A stretch of 64,000 nucleotides of DNA, taken from the NCBI GenBank assembly GCA_043228905.1, contig JBHGNT010000014.1:11904001-11968000 (forward strand), written 5' to 3'. The position numbers and the translations under genes were made by a program. A model generated the notes under the pieces. It was not told the DNA's origin, did not search any database, and saw only the letters and a list, made by a program, of their open reading frames with translations. The DNA is from Azolla caroliniana. Lineage: Eukaryota > Plantae > Polypodiophyta. Position 1 is the stretch's first letter; the number at the start of each line of letters is the position of its first letter. Positions 1 through 12,100 of this stretch are shown piece after piece.

Positions 1-526
1 GCTATAAAAAGGAAGAGGAAGACTAGAAGTGGGGTATCTCGCGCGGAGAGGACGAAGTGCTGCCGAACCGATTTCGGAGCTTCTCTCTCACTCCTGCCTT
101 CTCTGTCTTCTGCTCCATCGCGTACCTGTGCAGGTTTCGAGGAGGCTTGCGCTGTTCCGTGGAACGCCCCGAGCGCGTCCTGCAGCACCTCCGACCTGTT
201 TTCCCTTTCTGTGCGTCGCGACATACAGGGGTCGGCATCTGTTCGCCGCCCTGTTCGTTTTCGTTAGTATCTATTTCGTGCCCCACCGTGGGTTGTAATA
301 CTTTAGTCTGTTATTTTCTTGCATTCATAAGTACATATCTTTCGTTGTTGCGTCCATCTGCGTCGGCGTTTATTTGTGATCTCTGTTTGTTGGGCCGTGT
401 CCCTATGCAATCTTCGGTTCTGTGTAATCGGGTCTCTCTCTCTTACTCCTCTTTCTCTTGCTCTTCGGTCCAAGACCCCCGTGGTCCCTCCTCCTTTCTG
501 CACGCAAGGGCGTAGCAACCCCGACA
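1..526 (+). mobile_element. 3' part of an LTR of the TGTCG...CGACA Gypsy group, inserted in the RNase H of an Athila-like element
   Basis: Ends in CGACA at 526. Carries the U5 motif GTCCAAGACCCCCGTGGTCCC shared with the LTRs at 19651-20410, 36475, 40439, 49873-50808 and 55632. Host RNase H (VYYASRRLS) resumes right after. The left end is outside the window. Confidence 0.75.
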
Positions 527-2100
527 CCGTGTACTACGCTAGCCGACGGCTCTCGACCGCGGAAAAGAATTACTCCACCACCGAGCGGGAGGCCCTCGGT
601 ATGATTTATAGCATCAATAAATTCCGGCATTACCTCTTGGGCTGGAAATTTACCTTTCACGTGGATCACTCGGCCCTTCTTTATTTGGTCAATAAACAAG
701 CCCTCATCGGACGGTTGGCTCGGTGGATGCTCCTACTCCAAGAGTTTGATTTCCAGATTCAGCATCAACTCGGGGTACAACATGCCGTCGCCGACTACTT
801 ATGTCGTCTTGAGTCAGGGGAACCGGCGAAAACAACGTACGACGAACTACCGGACGCCAGCCTATTTAACCTGACCACGATGTCAGACGATAATGAAGAT
901 GAATGGATCACGGAGATGACCCATTTTCTCACTACCGGTTTACCTCCCGAGCACATGCCCCTTGACACGAGAAAACGCCTAGCAGTGCGTAGCCGGAATT
1001 TTTGCCTTGTCTCGGACATTCTCTACCACAAAGGCTCGGATGGCATATGGCGTTGAGCGATTCGGCAATTCGAGTAGAACGCCGTTCTTCAGGAGGCCCA
1101 CCAGGGAGTAGCTGGGGGGCACTATGCCGGGGATTCCACGGCAAGGAAAGTTTGGCAAAGCGGATTGTGGTGGCCGACAACAAAGAGAGACGCTCACGAG
1201 TTTTGCCGGCAGTGCGATTTGTGCCAACGACTGGGGCAACCAATGGAACAGTCACGCATGCCACACCAGCCAATTCTTCCGTTGGACCCATTTCAAAAAT
1301 GGGGTTAGGATTTTGTAGGCCCTTTCAAACCACCCGTGGCCCGTACAGGGAATAGGTATATTATCGTTGCCACGGATTACTGCACCAAATGGGTCGAGGC
1401 TAAGGCACTCCGAGACAACACGGCGGCATCCACGGCTAAATTCGTGTACGAGCACCTCTAGTGCCGTTACGGATGCCCAATCGAGCTTGTTAGTGACCAA
1501 GGTGGGCACTTCATCAATCATATAATACGTGAGCTTACACACCACTACGCGGTGGCGCACAAGAAAAGCACACCATACTACCCGCAGGCGAACGGCTTGG
1601 CGGAATCGACCAATAAAATCCTCCAAACCATACTGAAGAAGATCGTCAATGAAAACAGGACCGATTGGGATGACAAACTCTAGAGCGCGTTGTGGGCGTA
1701 TCGTACGACTTTCAAAGCACGGCTCCCCGAGGCCCAATCCGAGCAATACCGGCTGGAACAACTCCTCGAACTCGGCGAAGACAGGCTTGAGAGTATGGCC
1801 CAGCTCAAACAACGCCAACGACAACGCAAGGCTTTCGTGGATCGACATCGAAACGGGCTGGAAAAGGAGCTCACCATCGGCAAACCGGTTCTTCTTTTTC
1901 AAACACGACTCGGGTCTATGCCAGGAAATTAAGATTTCGGTGGACCGGTCCATTATGGATTATCGACGAGTTCAACGGGACGTTCCAGCTCGGCACACTC
2001 GCCGATGACACTATCAAAAGCTGGGCCAATGGTTTCTGACTTTGACCATATCGAGGCACTACACCACCCAACCCGTTTCGGGAAACCACCACGGAGGAGG
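527..2100 (+). pseudogene. pol: Gypsy pol remnant: RNase H and integrase, disrupted
   Basis: Motifs YASRRLSTAEKNYSTTEREAL, HVDHSALLYL and ARWMLLLQEFDF; HHCC zinc finger; core [30 protein letters not shown]. Contains stops, frameshifts and a deletion near 1715. Confidence 0.92.
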
Positions 2101-2326
2101 CCACGTGTCCTCCTGAATAAGGACTCACCCACCTTCTTGAAATTTATAAAGTAGGTAGGATTAACCATAGTTTAGCCATCGATTAGCTACACCTACACCA
2201 CCCACCTAGGCACCCACAAATTTAGGAGCACCCCTCGCCACCACTCATTTAGTACCTATTTAAGCACATGCAAAGCACTAGAAGCACCCCACTCACCTTC
2301 AGGACATGTGGTGCTAGTCACTTATT

Positions 2327-5300
2327 ATGGCACCCACGACTCAGAATCTTCAGGAGTCGCTTAGGGCACAAAACCCTAGGAGTAAGTTACTAAAATCGTT
2401 TCCAAAACGCAGCACAGACACAGAAGTTCATTATCGCTCCCAATCCTCTGTTGAACTTCCCCTTCATGTTGTTCCTCCTCTGTCTCGCCCTCGCCTCATC
2501 AATCTTCTTCACTCTTCCACACAGTCAAACCCCGCCTCCATCTCCACCATGCCTCTTACCGCTTCAACAGAAACCCGTGCCTGGCTCCAGGAACGGGGAA
2601 TGGGTGGTTACCTGAAGATCATCGATGCCCAAGGAGTGGCTAAACGTATTTGTCCCGAAGCCATCACTAACAACGTGCTTCGGGTTGTTTTGGACCTGCA
2701 ACGGGGAGGGGACCATGAGGTCGACATACCCCCGACATCGAAGCTAAAAGAGTACTTCGGTGAGTACTCAGCCTCAGGGAAGGCATATCGCATGTATGGC
2801 GGTCCCAACAGAGCTTTCGGGGAGATTGCTCGTATATTGATGGAGTATGCGTTCGTGCATACGAACCCGACGAGCATGCCGCAGAACAAGGCAGCCATCA
2901 TCATCAGCGCGTATGAAGGAAACAGAGTCGATTGGGGAATCATCACAGGCGAAGGACTCCGCGCCGCCTTAGCCTCATTCCAGTCCGGTAAGCAGATGTT
3001 GTCTGTTCTTACCCACTTTTTGATGGTTCTATACCCACCCTCTTCTCTTCCTTCCCCTCGCACACTCACGTCCCCACCACCACCGCGAAGGCAGAGAGAG
3101 AAATTCGTTGCCATCAGCCACGAAGCATGGGAGGAGCCCACATCGCTTTCACCTCTTGTCGCCGACCAAAACCCCGCATCTGCACCACCACCCAGCCAAC
3201 CCCAACAGAAAAGGGCAGTTTCCGAGACCTGCCAAGAATGGGAGGAGGAGATAGCCACGAAGGACAACACGGCAAATGATGTCACCATTCGACAGCCAAC
3301 GTCGCGCCCCTTGGTAACTTCCCCAGGGCCTAGCCCACGCCCCAACACACAGCAGGCAACACCACCACGACCCCAGAAAAGGAACCAGGGAAAGATCGAG
3401 CATGGGTAGACAACGCAGATCTCGGAGGATGAAGTCCTCGGGTATAAAGACCTCCCCGCGGAGGCTTACGAATTTAGTGCACTCCTACACCTCGGTACGA
3501 CATTCGAGCTGGTCGACTTCCTCGCCAGAGCCCAAGTCGCGGCAGCCGCTCGAATGGCGGAAGAGCACGCCGAAACAAAAATGATTCAACGCGCGCTATT
3601 AGGTGAAATTGAGCCCCAGGATGACAGGGCTTTACAAAAAATAGGGAGAAAGAAGCAGGCAAAATAGGCCGCTCTCCTCATGGAGGTCCCCGAGTTGAAC
3701 ACGGCCTTATCGAGGCATATAGGGACCTGGATCGCACTACGTGGGCAGCCAAAGACATGGCCCGAAAGATAAAAATAGCTCAAAAACAGGCTAAGGTGGC
3801 TACGGAATTATGGCACACTACGAAACAGAAACTGGTAGCCTGGGAGCAAAACCGGCCGGAACAACAACTCTTGAGCCTTCCGGCCACGACCACCGAGGCC
3901 CTCCCAGCCCCTCCACGCATAACAATGATGGATGAAAGCACCGTCACGGATTCAATCCTGACGATCCAGGCCAGCACACAAACAGACTCGTTACAAATGG
4001 TCGATGCCTGCACAACAACCGAGGCGGCCACACCCATGGAGAAGACCGAGGTGGCAACCTAGACAGAACCCCTGCTCCGGGATTACCGAGCAGAGCTTAA
4101 AGAAGAACAACGGCGAACCGAGAGACATGAACAACGACATCAGGAGGCGATGGCTCGCCTAAAAGAAGAAGCTTCCAAGCAGATGGCCGAGATTAGAGCC
4201 CAGGCCGACCAAAGGATACACGAGCAGAACGAAGCACTGGGCTAGGTACAAGCGCAAGCCGCGGGCAAAGAAGCCGAACTCAAAAGCAAGCTGGAGGAAT
4301 ACCGGCCACAGTGGCAGAGAAAGAGAAGGAGGTCCTAGACCTACAGGCCGCGCTCGACAATGCGAAAGACTGGAACCACCGGCAGGAGGAAAGTAATCAC
4401 CAACGGGAGGAGAGAATGATCGCGGAGAATGCCGAGCTGCAAAGTCAGCGTACGACCCTTAAAGAAATGGCTGACGAGTTTTTCATCAAATGCAAGCTAC
4501 TTTCGGAGCAAAAAGAAGAATTATCTGATTCCTACTTCGCCCTACAAGAAGAGAGAATCGTCGAACGGGAACAAGTCCGGGCCACGTGTCAAAATGAATG
4601 GGAGAAAGCTACCGAAGAACTCCCCAAGCATTACGAGCAGTCTATCCAGCTCGTAACCGCGGATGTAAAGAACACTCAAGCCACCTATGAACTACTAGCA
4701 AAGAAGCTTCAGGCCGAGGTCAACGGCTTAAAACAGGAATTAGCAGCCGTCCGAGCACAGCCCGACATGGATGAGACACGCATCAGAATACTGATCGAGA
4801 AACAGCGCCATCACCTCACCAAAAAGGTCGAGGAAACATTAAGTCACGCAGGAGACGAATGGGCAGCCCAAGCTGTCGAATTGCATATTTTACGCGCCGA
4901 CGCCGAGAACCGACGGAAGGAGGGCCGCGATTTTTACAAAATGGACGAAGCCAACATACAAAACGTGGGTGCAGATTTAACCGAGGATTACCAATCCTTG
5001 GCAAAATCTCACACCACGGCAATCGAGCAAATACTGGAGAACTTCAATGACGGTCAGATGCTGTTTCGCCTGGAAGCAGAAGCCTTCGAACGAGAACGAC
5101 TCGTAGCCATCCCAACCAGCCCTCCACCGGCCACAGATCAGAAGGAAGAACCTTCCAGCGAGGAGATCACGGACACGGCACAGGAGGAACTTGCCCCGGC
5201 CAACAGACCTCCCGAGGACACCCACACGGTACCAGATCAAGTCGAAGTAGAGGTCGGCGCCCTCGAACCCACACCCCCACTAGAAGAATCGGTCGCAACT

Positions 5301-5429
5301 GAAGCGGACGCCCGAGAAGATATGACACCCCCGGACCAAACTCAACCCCCCGCACCGACAGTCCAACCAGACCACCCTGCCACCACCCCGGACCTCGAAA
5401 ACATCCTCGACATCTTAAAAGAGGAATGA
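2327..5429 (+). pseudogene. Extra ('env-like' position) ORF of Athila-like element A, fragmented: conserved N-terminal domain, Pro-rich linker, long coiled coil
   Basis: ORFs 2327-3409, 3757-4062 and 4311-5429. The segment YFGEYS...EIARIL.EY...MPQNKA..II..YEG..VDW aligns with 17369-18064(-). Confidence 0.8.
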
Positions 5430-5482
5430 AACGAGGATCACGCCTAAAAGGCAATTTTTGTAATATTGTTAGTATTTTGTAA

Positions 5483-5525
5483 GTCGTGGGTCCAACGGAC
5501 AAGGTCCTGTCCCACGGGCGTGCCA
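5483..5525 (+). promoter_or_regulatory. tRNA-Arg 3'-half-like motif ending CCA at the position normally occupied by the PPT
   Basis: GTCGTGGGTCCAA-CGGACAAGGTCCT-GTCCCACGGGCGTGCCA, lying 2 nt before the LTR start. Confidence 0.75.
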
Positions 5526-5527
5526 GG

Positions 5528-5984
5528 TGTTGTCCAGAGGACAGAAATGTAAAATTAGGAAATTAGCAAACGCCGAGTCCGAGTATCACGGGCACCAACG
5601 GCTCGGCTGTGTATTAGGGGAAACGATATTTAAATGAGGACCAGTACGTCAGAGTGAGGGGGAAAGAAAAATATAGGCGGAAGCACTAGCTTAGTCCATC
5701 GTAACTAGATAATCCTGTAAGGTCACCGGCCATAGGCCGTGCTCTATAATCCTTTTTCTGTCACAATAATATATCTGATTTGCGCCCATTTTGCTCCATG
5801 TGTCTGTGCTTTGGTTCATACCTATGATTTCAGCACCGCCCACGCTTATCAAGATCTCGCTAGTATTTATCTCTGATCATTTTCTCCCTCACGACGCCTC
5901 TGTTACGAGCCTTCACGTACCACGCCCTTGAATACCGATAGCCGCAGATCTATCGAAGGCATTCACCCAAAGGAACGGGTAACA
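5528..5984 (+). repeat. 3' LTR of Athila-like element A (457 bp)
   Basis: TGTT...AACA termini. The start is placed by homology to the 15045 junction; chromovirus gag resumes after 5984. Confidence 0.75.
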
Positions 5985-6594
5985 ACGATTCGCTCGCCGT
6001 CGTTGCTTTTCAGCATCCGATAATGGTCCTCGACGTCGTGTTGTCTCGATTTCCATTTGAGTAGGGCCTTCCACCACACTTGACTTTGATACTTGGGGTG
6101 GAGTTGCAACCACCGAAGCATATGTTTCTGTTGGTCGAAAGCGTAACATTTGTTGGCGCTCAGAACGCCGCCCAAATAAGCGATTGTCACATCGCACGGC
6201 CCGGCTTACTGCTTCAGTAAGAGATTTTGAACCCTCCCTCTACCTTCTACTGTCATCTTATTTTTCTCTCTCCTATTCTCAAGTCACGACAGTTTGAACC
6301 GAATGAGTTGTGATGAATGAATAGACACCTATTTATAGGTCCTTATGGAGTATTCTAGAATGTTCTAGAATATTTTAGATATTTATGATATTTAATATAA
6401 TCATGGAATATCCTAGAATGTTCTAGAATACTCTAGATTGTTCTAGAATACTCTAAATGTCTTGTAATAACTAATAATACATTTATTATAACTATACATC
6501 ATATATATTAGTATAATGGTTAAAGGTCTAACATATAGACCAAGACGTTTTGGGCTCGAATCCTTGTAAGGCCAAAATGTATGTCATCATGACA
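5985..6594 (-). mobile_element. Chromovirus (Tcn1-like) Gypsy remnant: LTR portion fused by deletion to the gag C-terminus
   Basis: Gag reads RCDNRLF...GPTQMEIETTRRRGPLSDAEKQRRRANR and is cut just before the zinc knuckle by element A. The LTR outer end is ATGACA at 6594, with TTCTAGAA repeats and a minus-strand TATAAATA near 6335. The inner LTR boundary is uncertain. Confidence 0.7.
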
Positions 6595-6899
6595 GTTACT
6601 AGTGCCACTTCAAGTTGGTGAACCCTCTAAATTAATTCCTCATGTTGTTGAGCTTTCTCAACATTCACTTATTGTAAATCCTCAAGAAGCCTTTGATTCT
6701 CGTACTCAAAGGGCACGAACTTGGTTATTATGCATTCAAGGTCACCTAGAACACGCATAATATATTCTTGTTCACTTATTGCTGCCATGGTTACTATAAG
6801 ATAGGACGAGAAGTTCCTCGGAAAAAAAGGAATGAAGAAGGGTTGAATTCTGGTTCCGACTTCCACGAAGAGGTCATATGTTCAAATCTTTATTACGAG

Positions 6900-8863
6900 T
6901 TTGGAGTTTTGATATATGTTCATAACAACAATTAAACATTGCATGAAACGATGAAGAACAACAATTAAACATTGTATAAAATGATGAGTACTATTTTCTA
7001 CTTGAACAACGCAAAAGAAACAATCTCTCGGTTTTAGTCCACATTGCTTTTGTGATAATCATTAAAGGAAAACCCTCCATCAAATCTATCCAAATGAAGC
7101 TCTTCATTACAAATGGCATTTTAAAATGCCAAGTGCGTTTTAAGATATGCCACCATCCATCAACACAGTTATGATCTTTCCATTCTTGTTCAACCTTAGA
7201 TGATAATCATCGAGGAGATTCAACCTTGTATTGGGTGGGGTGTATCAACTTTGGCAAATTCTTTTGTAATATATTTGCCAAGACCTTTGTAAATATAACA
7301 CCCCCATAAAAGAAAATAGATCGCCATTGGTAAAATGACTCTAGTGATGCTACCTTTGGAATTGATTTAATGATACCAACCTTTCACGCTTGAGGCATAC
7401 AACCTGAATACCAACAATGTTGAAACATCAAAGTTAGGGGTCATTTAAAACTTTGTCAAGTCAACTGAACTAGGGCTCTTACAATTAGGAAGATGTCTTA
7501 AAACCATATCTACCTCATCCTCTATGAAATCTACATCTAATTTCAAACTAAGGAGGTTGTGCACAATACATCCAACCACATCATAAAATTCATGATGTTC
7601 TCTAATCACCTCGATTTCATGATTGTAAACCTCCAAACAAATAGGGACATGGTAAAGATCCCACATCTTGTAGATATTTCATACGAAGTGTTGTTGGGGA
7701 AAAGGAAATGTGTGTCTATGTTGTGCAGATTAGAACACAAAACCTGGATTATTCTTATGCAACCACATCCATACTTCCAAGTTAAGAACCTCTAAGTTTA
7801 ATGAAACCCAAGTAATTTTCTTAGAATCATCCATGATTGAATGTTGTGACACAAACTGAGATGCATCACCAAACATGTTAAAATCAATCATAAGTAATCT
7901 TGGGGCAACCCAGAAATAGGGGCCTAAAGGAGTGAGCCCCATAATGTAATACGTTGAGTACCTTGTTAGGGCATAAATTCCTTGCAAAATAAGTGATTTC
8001 TATAACCAAAAACTGAGCATAAGGATAATTGTAAACAACGTGAATAATGATTTACGAAGATGTCCTACATAGAATGATGAATATTCACATAAATGAATTG
8101 TGGACCCTAATATTTGATGACATTTATGCTCACCCAAACATAATATATCCCATTCCTACTTAATTCCCCATAGTGTATAATTCTTTTGAGGAGAACAAGC
8201 CCCTCTCACACTCCATCTTACCACTTTCATTCAAGCAACAATGTTATGAGTGCACTTTCTTCTTAAGAGAAATTGGTGTTATAAAAGTGGTCAAAGCATG
8301 TTCCAATGTTGCATATGGGTTTTCATGCACCACATCCCTAGGATCGTCTACACAAACCTTTTGTATAGGCCCTCTTACCCAAGGAAAACCTTGAGGGTTT
8401 GATGGATTTACAACCCCACTTAGAGAATCAAATTGAAGTTGAAGGGGGTAATCCCTTATCTCTTGCAATTTCTAAGAAGCATTTGAGGCCCCTGCCTTTT
8501 TCTTGAATTACCTCTCCAAGTAGTATCATGAGTAGTGGACAAACTATTAGTTGCAGAGTCTGCCATAAAGTGCCCCCATTTACTGCATCCAAAGTAATGA
8601 CCTACAAATGTATCCTGCTTCAATTTAAAACAATGTATTTTCATACCAATTGTGTTCGTATGTACCCATGGTACCCTCTCATGACTTGTATCCCATCGAT
8701 AACACAAAAAATCTACAGTTATATGAAACATTTGCATGTGGGAATACCAACACTTTACCCATTTCACTCATGAACTTAATAAAAGGGGCCATAAAAATGC
8801 ATGCTTACAATCTATTCTTACCCAAAAGAGACATTCCTATTTCAACAAAGCATGATAGTCCAA
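6900..8863 (-). mobile_element. Degraded L1-type LINE (ORF1 zinc knuckle, APE endonuclease and RT-proximal remnants)
   Basis: FGCSKWGHFMAD (decayed CCHC); DFNM...VWMWLHKNNPGFVF (APE-like); EDEVDMVLRHLPNCKSP (KSPG-like); WRSIF (WRPIS-like) near 7320. The left limit is approximate. Confidence 0.6.
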
Positions 8864-9164
8864 TGTTGGGAATAAAGGGCCATCGTGCCTTTTATTAGTG
8901 CACAAGTGAACGCATTCGTAGCACACTTTTGACTTGTATATACATAATATCTAAAAACCAAAAAAGAGGTACACTCTTTGTACCCAAGAAAACGTGCATC
9001 TCTCTCTCTCTCTCTCCCTTTGTCTCTCACTCAGACTCTCTCCCTCTTTGTTTTTTACCTAAACCCTAATCCTCGTGCTTCCTTCAAACTAGTATCAGAG
9101 CAGAATTTAGGGTTTTTTGGAGAGCAGAGTTTAGGGTTTTCTGTAGAGCAGAGTTTAGGGTTTT

Positions 9165-12100
9165 TGTTGAGCGGCAAGCTCAACTGGAGCCGGATCGACT
9201 GGATAAGCCTGAGCCGGTGAGTGAGACGGATCGGTAAGCCAGTGAGCAACCGAGCCGGCAAGCAATAGAGCCGGTGAGCTGGGGAGCCGGTTAGCCGGAT
9301 CCAATCGGTAACCGGAAGCCTAGTATTAGTTTAGACTACTAGGCAGTTATAGTCTCGTAGTAAGTGTCAGATGCTCGTGTGAGCATTGAAGTACGTGGTA
9401 CTTCTGTCAGTCCCACGAGGACTTGTATAAATAGTGCTACTGAGCACAGTTGTAACACAGAGTGTTTATATTTTTGAATATAGCTTTTACGTTCTACTCC
9501 CTCTGTCACTCCCGTATACTCTGTGTATTCTCTACTTTCTCTGTTTTCTAACGCTTCCACAAGTAATCGTTTTCATGGTATCAGAGCGCGAGGGTTGAGA
9601 ACCTCTGCAGCCGACAAACGCTTGAAAGAAAACCCTAACAGGTCGTAAGAACAGCCGACAGAGAAGTGATGGATAGAGGAATGGCTCGCTCGCTCCTTGT
9701 GGAGAAACTCGACAGATCCAACACAGATGGGGTTTGCGGCCTCAAAGTCCAACTCTTCGTTGTTCATCCGGCAAGGCTCAGCCGGTCCGGTATGTATCTT
9801 GCTGTATGTTGATGATTTAGTCATCACCGGACCGGGTCTCCCAGAAGTCAACCGCGTCAAGTCCCAATTGTTGGACGCATTTGAGATGAAGGACCTGGGG
9901 GACCTTCATTATTTTCTTGGGATCGAAGTGATCCGAACCCCCGATGGCATATTGCTCTCACAACGACGTTACGTCTTGAATATGTTGTACAAGTTCGGCA
10001 TGACAGAATGCCGACCTGTCTCCACACCCTTGGACTGGAACCAGAAGCTTCGTCCCAACTCCGGACCGGCTTGCAACGAGAAACAGTTCTGACAAATTGT
10101 CGGAAGCCTTATTTACTTGACTATCACGCGATCTGCCATCAATTATCCAGTTGGAATGATAAGTCAGTTCATGCAGAAGCCGACCGTGAAGCACCTTCAG
10201 TGCACGCAGCGGATACTGCGATATGTAAGCGGCACAAAGGACCAGGGTCTGTTATACCGGCGCGGTGTCGTGCCTTTCGGCGCCGGATCGTTGCGTGAGT
10301 CGGGTGGGAACCACTGAGGTTTTGGACTAGGAGAAAGAAGAATATGAGATGAGGCTAGTAATGAATAGATTATTAGAAAGAGAGATAGAAATTTCGTGAA
10401 TCCCACGAGTGTATTGTATTCGATTAATCAATATTTAGATAAGAATATGTATTTAGATTGAAAGAAAGATATAAGAAACTTGTGAATCCCACAAGTATAG
10501 ATTATATTATTTTCGTGAATCCCACGATTATATTAATCGGTTGGTGTTTTCGGAAATATATCCAATTTCCAAATATTTCACACACCTATTACATTGTGCT
10601 CCCCATCCTTATGTAGTGATGGGAGAGACTAAGCATAGCTACATGCTTTTTTCTAATATGTTCATGCACACTAAATGTGCATGTGATGCTTTTCTAATCC
10701 TTGCTTTTATTTGCGAAATATAGTGCTCATGCACGCTAGATGTGCATGAGTCACTTTTTAGTTGCTTGCGTTTTTCTATAAAATATTCACGCACTCTAAA
10801 AATGCATGATTTACCTTTTAATAAAGGTAGGCGCAAATAAAGCACTTATAGTTATTAAATCTATTTGTAGAACACTAAAGATAAGGTAGCATAATGGTAA
10901 AGTTGAGGTTTGGCTACGTGGAGGTACAGGGTTCGAATCCTGCCCTATGCACGTGATAAATATTTTGATATTCTTATTTTATTTATTTATATGTAATTAA
11001 ATCGGTTATATTATTTTTACTTTTTCATGTAGTGTACAAAATACACTACGACAGCGGTATACCCGAAGAGCTGGTCGGTTACACAGATGCCGACTAGGCC
11101 GACGATGTATCAGATCGCCGATCAACCTTCGGTTACATGTTTTCCCTAGGTAGCGCGAATGTTGCGTGGAGCAGCAAAAAGCAGCAAACAGTTGCTCTGT
11201 CCAGCACGAAGGCTGAGTATCGGGGCGCTACCATACCCATCTGTGAAGCTGTTTGGCTTCGGCGAGTGTTGCAAGACCTACGGATCGAGGTACCGACCCC
11301 GATTCTGGTCTACTGCGACAACATAAGCAGCATGCAACTCACCAAGAACCCCGTATTCCATGCTCGCACAAAGCACATAGAAGTGCACTATCACTTCGTG
11401 TGTGAGCGTGTCCTGAGCGGTGAGGTCAAACTTCGGTATGTTCACACGGATCGGCAAGTTGCGGACATCTTCACCAAACCACTCGGATCAGACAAGTTGC
11501 AGCACTTCACCGAAATGCTTGGTATTCATCATCTTGACGTGCCACACTTGAGGGGGAGAACGGGCAAAGGCAAAGAGATTGCCGATTGCGCCGGTGAGGG
11601 AAGAACAGATGAAGGGAGAGTCAAGAAGAAGAAAGGAGCCGAGTCGACAAGGGAAGTTGACACGTCTGAACAAGTCGGAACAAGCAGAAGCAGCGGCAGA
11701 GTCAAGAAGGACAGAGTCGACTGAAGGAAGAAGGCCAAGACCCGGACATGGTCCGATGTGGTGAAGGGCCTGGAACCAAAAGACGAATCGGGAGCAACTG
11801 ATTCGGACAAGAGCTGGAACGAATTGGAGACAACCGATTCGGTTCAACAGACAGATTCGGAAGAACCGGATCAATTCAAGGCCAAGAGGACGAGAAGGCA
11901 GCGAAAGTCGACGCCAACACGAAGGAATCGGCGAACCGGAACGCGCCGAAGTCACAACAGCAAGCGAGCTGAATTGGGCTTGTTGAGCAGACAAGCCGAC
12001 CGAGGAGGTCGAGGTGCGCAGAACAAGAGGGGTCACGGCAAATAGAACCGGACCGGACGAGGAGTGCGAGCAAGGCGGAGCGACGCCAGGAGAAGTCGGT

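Larger units (their letters stand above)
527..5984 (+). mobile_element. Athila-like (non-chromovirus) Ty3/Gypsy retrotransposon A, 3' half
   Basis: Order is RNase H, integrase, extra ORF, LTR. It is collinear with and homologous to the element at 14605-25335. Confidence 0.9.

Noticed and set aside
9097-9164. TTTAGGG-containing repeats as an interstitial telomere
   Set aside because: They are 23-bp tandem units of the Copia A 5' UTR, continuing after 12743, not a telomeric array.
10885-10950. Functional tRNA gene (also 6505-6575)
   Set aside because: There is no acceptor stem or canonical anticodon loop. Both were kept only as tRNA-like promoter motifs.
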